The notes beneath the pieces were generated by a model. The model was given only the letters and a program-made list of their open reading frames with translations. It ran no database searches and was not told the DNA's origin. A DNA stretch of 64,000 nucleotides from Takakia lepidozioides (Eukaryota; Plantae; Bryophyta): assembly GCA_030704615.1 (NCBI GenBank), contig CM060733.1, positions 51,708,001 to 51,772,000 of the forward strand. The letters run 5' to 3'. Below, in pieces: positions 12,150-23,237 of the stretch; positions within the stretch are counted from its first letter, which is position 1, and each line of letters starts with the position of its first letter. Position numbers and translations under genes: made by a program.

Positions 12150-12535
12150 TGACTCCTGGGGTAGTCCTAGTGGACAATTATGATGGTGTATTTCAGTTGG
12201 TTGGCCCAGCCGGGAGGAGGTATAGGCCACTACGGGTCTTGTTGGACTCGGGAGCACAGCCATTGATGTTGGGAAGAACAGCAATTGCAGGCTTGGGTCT
12301 TACAGAGGCGGATTTGGAGCCTCGCCCTTTCCAAATTCAAACATCTTTGGGCGGTTCAGAGAAGGCACGAAGGATTACACGCCATGAGCTCTTCATTCGA
12401 TTACAGCCAGATCATCCTAATGATGGCTCAGTCATGAGAGCTAAAGCCATTGTTACGGACGCGATGTTGTATGATGTGCTTGTAGATGGGGCTGTGTTAT
12501 ACCCTATGGGTTTTACTTTGGACTTTTGGAAGGGA
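12150..12535 (+). pseudogene. Retroviral-type aspartic protease domain
   Basis: YRPLRVLLDSGAQPLMLG (D-S-G catalytic motif) followed by YDVLVDGAVLYPMGFTLDFW. Confidence 0.85.
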
Positions 12536-12699
12536 AGAAACTTACGGTTGGGAATACCAGTGCGGTTGGGAATTTGCATCGAGTAGCAGGCGAGTGTGTG
12601 CACCAAGCATGACAGGAGGCCTTTCCATTGGTGAGTGAGGGGGAGTTCAGTGATATCACCTGGACCTCCTGAGTTAGCTCCTTTGGACACAATGTCCAT

Positions 12700-13694
12700 T
12701 ACCTGGCAACCATCTGACTCAGGGATTTGTTTGCTAGATCTGTTTGGAGGCATGAGCATTGGGCTTGCAGGAGTGTTGCAAGCAGGGATTAAAGTACGCA
12801 AGTACTTGTATGTGGAGAATGATGAGATAGCTCCGCGTATTTCTATGCGCCACATCGCCTTGCTTACACACCTCCTAAGTTGTTGCCTCTCTCAGTAATT
12901 CAAGGGTATCGAAAGACCTTGCCAGCAGACATTACCTTGCTGGGGGCGGATTATTTGGAGCGGCATGGTTCCATTGATTTGGTGATAGCTGGATGGTCTT
13001 GCCAAGGACACTCTCCCGCATGTCATGGGAATGGCTTGCATGATGCGCGATCGCATTTGTTTTGGGAGATGTTGCGAGTGTTGCAGGACTTGCAGACAAG
13101 GCAAGTGCAACCTCTAAGCTATATCTTGGAGAATGTTCATCTTATGGGGGATTCTCGGGCCAGGGTTATGGCCAATGTGCATCAGGTGCGGTCTTGGGAT
13201 TGGATTGGCGGTGCTATTGGATGCAGCAGCGGTGGGATCACGAGCGCATTGACCTCGATTGTGGTGGCCATTTTGCACCACCAGAGCTGCTCAAGAGAGC
13301 ATACGATTCCATTCAACGGCCACCCAATCTCACGGTTGAGGGCATTTTGGACCAAATGAGACAACCACAGAGGGTGCGACATTATGCCCGTCCACCTCTA
13401 GCAGTGGTCAATCGAGTGGGGCAGCCACGTGTGGCCTTGCCTACGGTCATGACATTTCCCTCGTCTCATGATTTTCGAGACAATGGTCCTAAATTGATTT
13501 GGGACAGTGTGCTACAGCAATTGGTGGAGCCCAATGCGGATGAGCAAGAGCGAGCAATGCGTTTTACTATGGGCACTATAGATGTGCCAGCTCTGTCAGA
13601 GGTATCACGCCGCCAAGTGTTGGGTCAAGCAATGGATCTAAATTGCTTGACATGGATAATTGGCTTGTGCATGGATGGGCAACGGAGATTGTAA
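12700..13694 (+). pseudogene. C5 cytosine DNA methyltransferase catalytic domain (DNMT3-like) inside retrotransposon pol, frameshifted
   Basis: Motifs in canonical order: I LLDLFGG, II YLYVEND, III DIT, IV IDLVIAGWSCQGHS (PCQ to SCQ), LFWEMLRVL, VI ILENV, VIII LLDAAAVGSRAH*PRLWW, IX EQERAMRF, X RRQVLGQAMD. Confidence 0.9.
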
Positions 13695-14149
13695 GCATTG
13701 GTGGCTACCTCTGTACTTCAATTGGAGAGTGCATCCTCCTTGCCAACCGAGACGGTTGAGGCAGTGAGTGGGGGCGAGCATAAGATCGTGGGTTGCAAAC
13801 ACCCGTGGCAGATGTGGGATGAGATGTGCAAAGTGAGAGTCATTGGATCTCTCAAGCAGTAGTATGAGGAGTGGAGAGAGCCATGGACTGATGATCAGTT
13901 GGAAGCCAAGGTGGCCAAGGTTTTTGAAGAGGTTGAGGATGTTTCTTGCGCGGAGGATGTTCTCAAGGTGGCTATGGCGGAACAAATGGAGGCTACGCCA
14001 CAATCAGATTGGGCGGACAAGGCCCAAGAGGTTGTTATCTAGCAACCAAATGATTTGTCTCTTACCTCCAAGCGTGGTATACCCAAGGTTGCAGTCACTA
14101 AGGACAATTGGGAACCAGATGTTGGACCTACAGTCACCAGAGGAGAGAG

Positions 14150-14732
14150 ACAAAAGATCCAACGAATTCTAAGGGCTTATAGAAATTGCTTTGCCTTCAG
14201 TTTGAACAATTTTGGGAGTTTGAAAGGTAAGGAGATTTGTATTGATTTGGCAAGTGACACGTCAATCTTTCAAAGGCCCTACCGGTACAGTGACATGGAG
14301 AGGTCAGTGATCCAGTCACGGACTATGGAGTTGTTCGAAGCTGGATTGGTGGGAGTTGTCAGGCGGGGAGTATGCCTCGGCAACGGTGATGCCAGCTAAG
14401 AATGATATCTATGGCAATTGCACAGAAAAAATGATATGTGGGGACTATCGTCATGTGAACCGTCAGACTAAGTCCGTTAGATATGCCATGCCAACTCCAG
14501 AGGAGATCTTTAATGTCATTTGGCATGCAAAGGTGTTTAACACATTGGACTTACGATCCGGTTACCACCAATTGCCAATTCAAGAGGCTGCCAAGCAAAA
14601 GACGACATTCTGGGGATTGACCAACATGGGAAGGATTGTTTGTACCAATGGTGGTTCTTACCATTTGGGTTGAAAAATGCTCCTGCAGAGTTTTAGAGGG
14701 TCATGGATATGATTTTCGCGGGGCTAGACTTC
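14150..14732 (+). pseudogene. Reverse transcriptase, N-terminal half only
   Basis: IFQRPYRYS..EYASATVMPAK..MICGDYRHVN..YAMPTPEEIF..VFNTLDLRSGYHQ..KTTFW..LPFGLKNAPAEF*RVMD. Ends before YxDD; no RNase H. Confidence 0.9.
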
Positions 14733-14929
14733 TCCCGTCCAGAGACTAGTGAGGAGTTTGGTGGTGCTAAGGATGTGCATGAAGATGCAATAATGTTGGC
14801 ATACCTTCGTACCGGAGAGACAGCAGCCAGTGTGACTGCTAAGGAGAGGGATCGGGTCCTACAACGAGGCAAGAGGTTCAAGTGGCACCTACTCCGGGTA
14901 TGGGAGGATGGACGAGTGAGAATTGTGCC

Positions 14930-15971
14930 TCATCCAACACAACGAGCGCGATTGGTACGCCATGCCAATGAGGAGTTGGGACATTTTGGGGTGCGACGCA
15001 CTCATAGTTTGCTGCAAGGGCAATATTGGTGGCGGGGCATGCACACGGATGTGCAACAGTTAGTGGCAAGGTGCATGGTGTATGATAGAGTGTAGGCTTC
15101 TTTCAACGCCCCTACTCCACAATTGCATCATTTACCCATTATGGGTTTGGGTTATCGTTGGAGTCTTGACTTCGCAGGCCCATTGTCATTGATGATTCGC
15201 CATAACTAGTATGTGCTGGTGATGGTGAAACACTTCTCCAAATGGATTGAACTGGTGGCATTGCCTGACAAGGCAAGTCATGGGGCTACGTATGCACTTT
15301 TAGATCGAGTGCTTAGCCATTTTGGTGCTTCAGCCGAGGTACTCACGGACCAGGGGAGAGAGTTCTTGGGGGAGTTTAAGGCTTTGTGTGGGCAAACCTT
15401 GATAGATCACCGCACTACTTCTCGGGATCATCCCGAGGCTGATGGCTTGGCGGAGAGAGTCATTCAGACAGTCAAGAGAGGCTTGCGCAAGTACGGTTTG
15501 CAGAAGGGACACCTAGGAGATTGGGATCTTCAGCTGCCTTGGCTAGCTACGGGCTATAGGTTCAGCAAACGAGCTTCACTTGCCTCCTTCTCACCTTACT
15601 TTCTTCTCTTCGGCCGAGAGCCGGATTTGCTTGCATCTATTCGCAAGGAGGCTGCTATAGTTCTCAACCTTGATGATCCGGATGTGTGGACACAAACATG
15701 TGCCCAGCGGGCAGAGTTGTTCAAGATAGTCATGTCTATGGCTTTTGAGAACCTTGTTATTGCCCAACACCAAGACACATTGAGGTGCGCCACTATACGT
15801 GGAGGGGGATATCGGCCAAGTGTTCGGCGTTTCCACCCTGAGGACTATGTGTATCTGCAACAGACAACGCCTACGACCTTGGATGTCACAGCAGGACGTG
15901 TGATTCTAAGGGTCAGGGATGTGTTGCCTTCAGGAGTGTTGATTCTGGAGGGTCAAGATGGCATGGTATAG
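14930..15971 (+). pseudogene. Integrase (HHCC zinc finger plus DDE core plus C-terminal region)
   Basis: HANEELGHFG..YWWRGM..CMVY; WSLDFAGP; VLTDQGREF; HPEADGLAERV..K; LPWL..YR..SPYFLLFGR. Confidence 0.9.
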
Positions 15972-16064
15972 AAGGACCATGTGCGCAGTTGTGCGCCATG
16001 TCAATTTCCACATGTGTATGGGAGGATAGATCCCAACTTTGCAGTGGTACCTGCAGGGTTGCGT

Positions 16065-16214
16065 TGCATGCTATGTGGGCATGCTGGTGGCGCTGTAACC
16101 ATGTTGGTGTGTGACAAATGCTCAAGGGGGTGGCACATGGGATGCTTGACACTGCCACTTGAGGAGGTTCCTATCAGAGAATGGTTGTGTCCACGATGCC
16201 TTGGACAGAGGTAG
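16065..16214 (+). pseudogene. PHD finger (C4HC3) at the pol C-terminus
   Basis: CMLC...MLVCDKCSRGWHMGCL..PLEEVP..EWLCPRC, in the integrase frame after one TAG (15969-15971). Confidence 0.9.
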
Positions 16215-16677
16215 TGGGCATGACAATGGTGAGGCGGACAAGTGATCCAAGGTCTAGCTAGTGGGGCTTCAATGCCATGGATACTCGACTAAATATCATG
16301 GATTGCATGTAGGCGACTAACGATGGGGCTACGTTTGCACCCGGCCTCTTGATCTATCGACTTCAGGTGTTGGGACTTGTACGATTGAAGACCAAAAGTT
16401 TAGTTTCATTTGGGTCATGCCAAGAACCAATGACATTGCTAGTATGTATAGAGCGGGGTTCCATATTTTGATGACACACTTTTGTTGAATAATGTGAGCT
16501 TAGCAAACAAAATTAGATAATCATGGTTAACCCATACATGACGTAATTTGTGATGGAGTAAGTAGCACTGTTGCGCGGATATTTAGTTTTATTTATTTAT
16601 TTATTTATAAAAAAATTACAGAACATGGGTTGTTTTAGACGTGACTCCGGGTCCTGGTATATGTTATGGTTAAAATA

Positions 16678-17289
16678 GCTTCTCATTTAACAATAATAGG
16701 GTCATGAATGCCCGCGCGTATGGCTGTGGCGGGGCCCGCGTGTGGCAGAGGGGTTCGCGGAGGATGGGAGCGCCCTTACCCGGACCCCGCCAATCCCCGC
16801 CAGTCTGCTTGCTGGGTCTGCCCGACAAGCTGGTCTGCTGGGGCCACAATATGCACATAAAACATTAGTTATTGCAAAGATTTGTAGAAAGTGGCGGGTA
16901 GTGTGGTGGTTAAGAGCAATGGATAATAAACACGAGGTATGGTGTTCAAATTTTGCTACGTTGTACCGTGGCAGTAATGTGTGTTATTAAATATATATTT
17001 TGTCGAAGGGTCTGCTGGTCTGCTGGAGGGGGTTCTGCCCAGTCTGCTGGAGAGGTGCCGGTCCGCTCGTCGGTCTGCTGGAGGGTCTACTAGAAGGTTG
17101 GAGTCGGTCTGTTGGAGGGTCTACCTAGTCCGCTAGAAGGTCCGCCACGGTAGATTAACAAGGACTTAGAAAAATTTCAGAATCTCGCCGACCCGATGAA
17201 TGGGCGGTGGGCTTATGAGCTCACCCCAAGGGTCGTACTGGCGGGGCCCGCCCGTGCATTTATGACCCTATTATTAAACAATGAGAGGC
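16678..17289. mobile_element. Mutator-like MITE (612 bp)
   Basis: 9-bp TSD GTTAAAATA (16669-16677 and 17290-17298). About 34-bp imperfect TIRs GC(T/C)TCTCATT....AATAATAGGGTCAT(G/A)AATGC. Internal ggtctgctgga repeats. Confidence 0.8.
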
Positions 17290-17766
17290 GTTAAAATATA
17301 TACCCTCCAGGTCAGGGTAATTTGTTAATTGTGATATACATATACCCTACGGTACTGTAAATACCTCTTGTTTTGACTCGCAAGGGTATATTCAAATAAA
17401 ATTATCCTTGGCTTTATGTATGACGGGTAGGTAAAAATATAGGGTATAAATAAAATTATATATCCTGTATAATACCCTAGGATAATGACACATTTGTCGT
17501 GCACCTAAGCATCAGGCCACAACATACATCGCTGTCCAACCACACTTCCTAGCATATAGTCCTAGAAAGCCACGCCACAATGATACGGAAATTGTGAAAA
17601 GAGGAGAAACCACTCTATCACATTATATAAGTCAAGCTCATTATCAGCGTTGATTTCCTTACCACCATCATCTGTTCATTGATTAAAAACATGTTTTATT
17701 TTATTTTATTTCATTTGGATAAATCTCCCAAGGGGCTGCCTGAGAATTATATCATTTTTTGAGATG

Positions 17767-17792
17767 CAAAAAAAAAAAAAAAAAAAAAAAAA
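17767..17792 (+). repeat. Poly(A) tract (about 25 nt)
   Basis: Uninterrupted A run. Confidence 0.8.
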
Positions 17793-18529
17793 CCACTAGT
17801 TGGACAATGACATACTAGTGCCAACAGGGCGATCCTGGGTTCAAACCTGCTACGTTGTCTGGTGTAGTATAATCTTTCTCCCGGGCGCTGCGACCCTTTT
17901 TTTAATTTTTTTCTTTTAGATTAAGGAAAGGGGATAATGGCCCTTTTGATCAGATTAATGAAAAGGCGAGGGGGGGTTTGTGTGTGTGTGTGTGGAATAA
18001 CCCGCCTTAGCCTTGTGCTTGTTATTATAATTTGTCCACTCTCTGATGTTTCTTGTTTCAATAATAAATAGTGTAAAAATGTGAGGTTATGGTTTGAAAG
18101 ATTTGGGGTTACGGAATCTACTCATGTAAGCCTCATGGCCATTTGTCATCTGTGACATCTTTTGTATATATATTGGAAAAGGGGAGTGAACCGAAATATG
18201 ATTCTCAAATAGAGCTCCATGCGCAACCTTTCATTCATTGACTCATTCATTGATTTATTGCCTCCTCTCTCAAGAGGACTGCGCATCAATCATCAATGTC
18301 GAAGAGGTGTATGTCCATGTTACAACTTTCCCAAATTAAACCTATATCGAATGGTCAAGCCTTCATCAAATTCCTTCAACTATTTATATAGTATTATTAA
18401 TTGCTAATTAATTTTGATATAATACTATAAATTTTCATTGCACTATATATATATATATATGATGCCAACCGAAGCCAACATAAATAAGAGCATCTTCCCT
18501 TTGCGGGCACAGTGGCTAGCTGGCCACTT

Positions 18530-18812
18530 TCGATCTTACGTTTATTGAGGATTAGGGATGTGAGTGATGTCATAGCTGTGAAGTGTAAGGCTCGTAGTAG
18601 AGGTGTAGTGTATTTGGGTGGTAGGTTGAGATTATCTTTCAAACCTTGGATATTATGGGTATGAGCACCGCCCCTGACACCTGTAGTGATGACGGTCACA
18701 GGTGTCGTGTTCCAGCCTTAACGACGGAGGGCATGTATGATTGGGTCATATTTTTCGTGTTTGTACATAATTGATTGATCTGGATTTCGATCATGGTAGA
18801 ATGTAAATTCAA
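18530..18812 (-). mobile_element. 3' remnant of a non-LTR retrotransposon with a restriction-like (REL) endonuclease
   Basis: Minus strand EFTFYHDRNPDQSIMYKHEKYDPIIHALRR*GWNTTPVTVITTGVRGGAH..LHFTAMTSL matches the E-x-T...KxxKY...GW....G.RG pattern of REL domains. Confidence 0.6.
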
Positions 18813-19130
18813 AAAAATACTAATACTCATGGTTTTTTTTCATATATATTTTTATTTTATTTTATTGATAAAAAGAGAGGAACAGATCCCCGTAATTCCA
18901 TTGTAGGAGGTGGAAAAAATAACCACCTACGAGGCCATGAAGGCTTACAGCAAAACACCATCCTGTGACCAATTCTAAATTATAAGTACTTTGATAAGTA
19001 CTATTAAATTATAATTCATAATTATAAGTACTTCAATTTATCACTCTTAATTAGATCACCCTTGGACAAATGCACCTCACCAACATTGTTATTATTTATT
19101 TATTTATTATATACTAAAAGGACTAAATAT

Positions 19131-19893
19131 CAGTGTTGGACCAGTATATAGGTCTTACCCGGGTATCAATACTAATATCAACCCGGGTAGGTAAGACCAT
19201 ACCTGGTAGTAGGTAGGGTGACCAATACCCCGGGCAATATCATACTAGGAGCAATACATAGCTCTATACTGGAGTGTACACCATGCCTGCCTGGTATTGT
19301 GATGGACGAAATTGATGTGATACCAGTGTTACAACGATGCTCCAAACGGCATAGTAGTGTATGTGTGGAGTTAGGGCAAGGGAATTATGCATAGGCGGCT
19401 ACTTCAATGATGGGCATAGTAGCGAGGGATTGTATGAGCATAACATTCTATGGCATCTTTTTTATACTCAATGCGCATTGTGTGTGAGTTCAATTCTGGT
19501 TTTGTATGTGTGTATTTATAGGGCCCACTATTGAAATGGAGTAGTAGCGCCTGTAAGGCGAAGTGGCTCTTAGTTACGCCGGCTTTGGCCGGAGTCTTCT
19601 CTCTGTGCATTGTGATGTAATGGTGATCCAATGTGAAGGTCATTTTTTTTTTTTTTTTCAGGTTGTTGAATATTTCATATATCTACTCAGGCAATATTCA
19701 TATCCCCCCATATGAGATGGAAAAAAACAAATATTGATACCCTACTGCTATACATCCATAGATTACGTTATTGATACCCCTCCTATACCCTACCCGGCCC
19801 CTTACTTGAATACCAGAACCATACCGGTCTTGGAAAATGTGGGCCATTGTGTAAGCCTAGTCTGGTATCATACTTTTGTGATATTCAAGAGTG
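19131..19893. mobile_element. Possible old hAT-type MITE rich in ATACC/GGTAT motifs
   Basis: Starts CAGTGTTGGA, ends ATTCAAGAGTG (degenerate TIR). Many ataccc/gggtat subterminal motifs. The 8-bp flanks match only 5/8. Confidence 0.35.
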
Positions 19894-20099
19894 GTGAATA
19901 CCCTTGAACTTTATAATAAACAAGACGAAAAGTCCAGGGAATACCAAAGGAAAACTTAACCTCTGTGAAATGCCATAGAAGCTGATCTGGGAAGACTCTA
20001 CTTCGTAACCTTAATTCAGCAAGATTACAAACAGGGAGAGAGACAAAAGAAGAGAAGAGAAAACATGAGGAAATGCTAATAACTACCTCTTTTTCTTCT

Positions 20100-22830
20100 G
20101 TAGGGTTTGAATTGAAAGAGAGATGGGCTTTGGATTTTCCTTCCTAAAAAATATACGATGCCTCCAATTAACTTCAGGTTCATCACCCTCCTTCAAATGG
20201 GAATAACTTGCACTATGTGAACTACCAACCTGGTGGGATGGTGTCACACCATTCAATTCTCGTATGATCCGTGTCTCTAGATCAACAGATGCGAGCTCCT
20301 TTGCCACAAGTATTGTCAAACTTAGAGAATAATTGTGCTCTTCTTCTTTGGCTACATCTGCAAAGAGCTTCCTCGAAGACCCGCCCATCCTTCCGAGCCT
20401 CAGGCAACAGGTCTGAGTGAACCTTAAACAAAATAACCCTCACATTAGATGGTTTGCCATTTGTGTATAGCTTTCTAGATATTCCACATAGTATGAGCTC
20501 TTAAGATGGACCATACATGACAATTGGACCATAAAGATCCTACAGAAAAGTTCCGAAGCTAAATAGATGGAGTACTAGTAGGCAAGATTTTCCATTGAGA
20601 GTAGAAAAAAAGAACCATGTCCTCTAGGTTTGTAATGCTTCAAGGCAGATGAGAAGACAATGTTTCAATGTTTCAAGGACCTGTAAGTTGCAGAGTGTAC
20701 AGGTTGAAGGTCTATCAAAGAGGTAATCCAACACAGACATGATACGATTTATGAGCTTCATGATCTTTCCTCCAGACATTGCCCTATATGGTGTTCCACA
20801 TGATCGGACAATCAATCATATGTGACCATTTCTTTGTCCATTTTGAATCCAATGAAATGATAGGTTCAACCCCTAAACGACGAGACTGTTTTTGGATTTT
20901 TTCACACAATCGGGACCCACCCTCACTCGTCAGCCTGTAGCTGCCTACCCCCGTTCGTCCATGTGGATGAACCGTTGGAAGTCATCCCTATCTACCAGAT
21001 GCACAATCACCCCAAATTTGGGGAGACTCCACCATTTTGTTTGGGAGATTATAAGAATTGAACATGGTCAATGTTCTGCAAAATGTAAAAAACAAACCGA
21101 AACTTCATGTTTGACCAAGCAAAAAACCCATGTTGCTAAATTTTCGTGGGAGAATCTGAGCCATATTCTGATGTAATAGATCATACCAAACCCTCATACC
21201 AAATTTCACCCCAATCTGCCAAAAACTATGGGGGGGGGGGCTTTGTATATGAATGCAATGGGGGTGAAAAGAGTGAATTTGCAAAGGAAATGGTTGAAGT
21301 CCCGTTGGGACCCCAAATTTACCTGCAATTGGGAATTCCAACGGTCTGTCCCTCATACTACACTACCCTGCCCAAGAATTTCCAAAATTGCATTTTGGAT
21401 GTTTGATTTTACAAATGGATGAAAAATAGATGAAAAATGGATGAAAATGGGGGCAAATGGATGGGTTGGCATGCAAGCCACGCCTCGTCACCCCCGGCGT
21501 GCCCCCTGCCCCAAATATGTACAGGCTAAATCCGCCGGTGCCTTCCACGTACCTGGTCAACCTACGGGGCCCACCCCAAATCCCCCAAAAAACAGACACC
21601 CCCAAGGCTTGCAAAAATAGCTGACGCCAGAATATTTACTCTGTGGGGGCGCTATAAAGCCCATCGTGTAGAGAATTTTGGGGGCTTGATTTTTCATTCA
21701 GAGGTCGCCTTCATCCGACATCATCCGCACCCGCTGCGAATGGATGAAAAATCGGATCGACCTGATTCAGGTCGCCTTGTCGTTTAGGAGTTAAGTAAGG
21801 GAAAGCCCAACTTGATTTTGTAAGCAAGAAAAGGGGCATGTTTCTTATTTCTCTAGATCCATCCCCTAGATCAAACTGCAGTAGAGATACAGGGGCCTCA
21901 AGGAACAAGAGCAGATTGGGTTTGGTGTGAAGCCCATTATCAACAGAAGGTTTACTTCTCCCCTTGTCATACAAGATACTCTTATTGCATAAAGGTGAAA
22001 TTCAGCAAAATACGAGAGAAGGGATGAAAATAAAACACCAGTAGAGGAGATCTGAAATTTCCATCCGCGTAGCAAGGATCCTTCACGACTTAAAGCAAAG
22101 AAGGCTATTTTGAAAGGGGCCATATCGAAACCCAGAGCCATTGCTTTATAAATGACTGAAATGCGAAACACCGGCTGCTTCCCAAGGAGCCAGTGTGTAC
22201 TGCATCTAATAAGACGTTCGGAGTCCGTGTTATGGTTTTCGAACAATGGCTGCCTCATGACTTCTTCAGGGATGGTGGGCATTATTTGTGAGAGGAAGGG
22301 ACGACTTTTAGTCCACCAGTGCTAGATTGATTTCCAAGCATTGTAGCCAACATCGGGAGAAATGTTGGAGGAGCCACCTTGAACAATCCAACGAAGTTGA
22401 GAGGGAGGCCAGAGTACAAATTGTGGAGAAGGGGTCGGAGTAAGAAGGTGGTGTCTCACGAGGAGGCTCCATGGAGTGGAGAGATGTGAGAAGACTCTTG
22501 AACCATTTGGCCAGTAGGGCACAAATCTGCATTTCAGGATATTAATGCCCAGACCCCCATGTTTTTTCTTTTGGGTATTTTGCAGAGTCCAACTCATCTA
22601 GGCTCTACGGATAGGTCTCATGGAAGATGCCACCCAAATGAAGTTTCGCATTAAAGCTTTGATTTGATTGATAATTGTAGCCAACCGCGGAAATGATCCA
22701 ACAAGAAGCCAACAAATCCGGTTGACCATCAGAGCTTTGCCCGCAAATAGAAAAATGAACTGAGATCCAGTAAGATAGTTTTCTTTGAGATTAGTCATAA
22801 CAACTTCACTTCTATGCTGAAGCTGTTTTG
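20100..22830 (-). mobile_element. L1/Tx1-type LINE ORF2 remnant (post-RT region plus zf-RVT), interrupted
   Basis: LFAGKALMVN..INQIKALMRNFIW..KHGGLGI..ALLAKW, and CTLC..ETLKHCLLIC (zf-RVT) at about 20630-20700. Confidence 0.8.
20870..21790. mobile_element. piggyBac-like non-autonomous element inserted in the LINE
   Basis: Left TCAA|CCCCTAAACGACGAG, right CTTGTCGTTTAGGAG|TTAA: inverted C(C/T)CCTAAACGAC termini with TTAA-like flanks. Confidence 0.6.
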
Positions 22831-22867
22831 ACCAATCTCAAAAGAAATTGCATATCAACATTGCATT

Positions 22868-23085
22868 TCAATATATTATGAAGCTGGGTAGTCTCTTTTG
22901 GTTTGGTTTGTTTTGTATGTATGTTGAAATCTCCCGAACCGCAAGGCCTTTGCCCTCATACCGTTGGAAAGCCTTGATGAGTAGACGTGCATCGAGGCAG
23001 CTTCATGATTTTTGGACCTACGGTGTGGGAGATATTGAATTTCAAGTATTTTTTGTAGCTGGAAATTCATCAAAATAGCGAATTG
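22868..23085 (+). mobile_element. Helitron-family copy (5' part)
   Basis: TCAATATATTATGAAG start, (GTTT)n, gttggaaagccttgatgag..gtgggagatattg core shared with 6492-7120. Confidence 0.55.
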
Positions 23086-23237
23086 GGGTTATCGCTTTTA
23101 AATTGCCTAATTATACTCATTGCTACCAACATTTATCATCAACTAGGCGAGACCATTGCGTAACGACGAACCGCTTGTTTATGTTTTCAAATGGAGTCAC
23201 CCAAGAACAAATCAGGCCCCTTAATTTATCATTATTA

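Larger units (their letters stand above)
8109..16435 (+). mobile_element. Decayed Ty3/gypsy retrotransposon encoding gag, protease, C5-DNA methyltransferase, partial RT, integrase and PHD finger; boundaries tentative
   Basis: Domain order PR-RT-INT with Ty3-type RT motifs. Putative inverted termini TGTCATGGTT (8109) and AACCAATGACA (16435). No LTR pair or TSD was found. Confidence 0.8.

Noticed and set aside
11623-12177. 184-aa antisense ORF, and similar antisense ORFs at 35422-36012, 43003-43632 and 55576-55947
   Set aside because: Shadow ORFs opposite real coding sequence, with no independent motifs.
12635-13694. Bacterial restriction-modification MTase or contamination
   Set aside because: It is collinear, on the same strand and similarly decayed as the flanking protease and RT, within intron-containing plant DNA, and there is no partner endonuclease.
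17821-17860. tRNA gene from GGTTCAAACC B-box (also B-box-like motifs near 24875 and 56955)
   Set aside because: No cloverleaf could be built; at most SINE or tRNA-derived relics.
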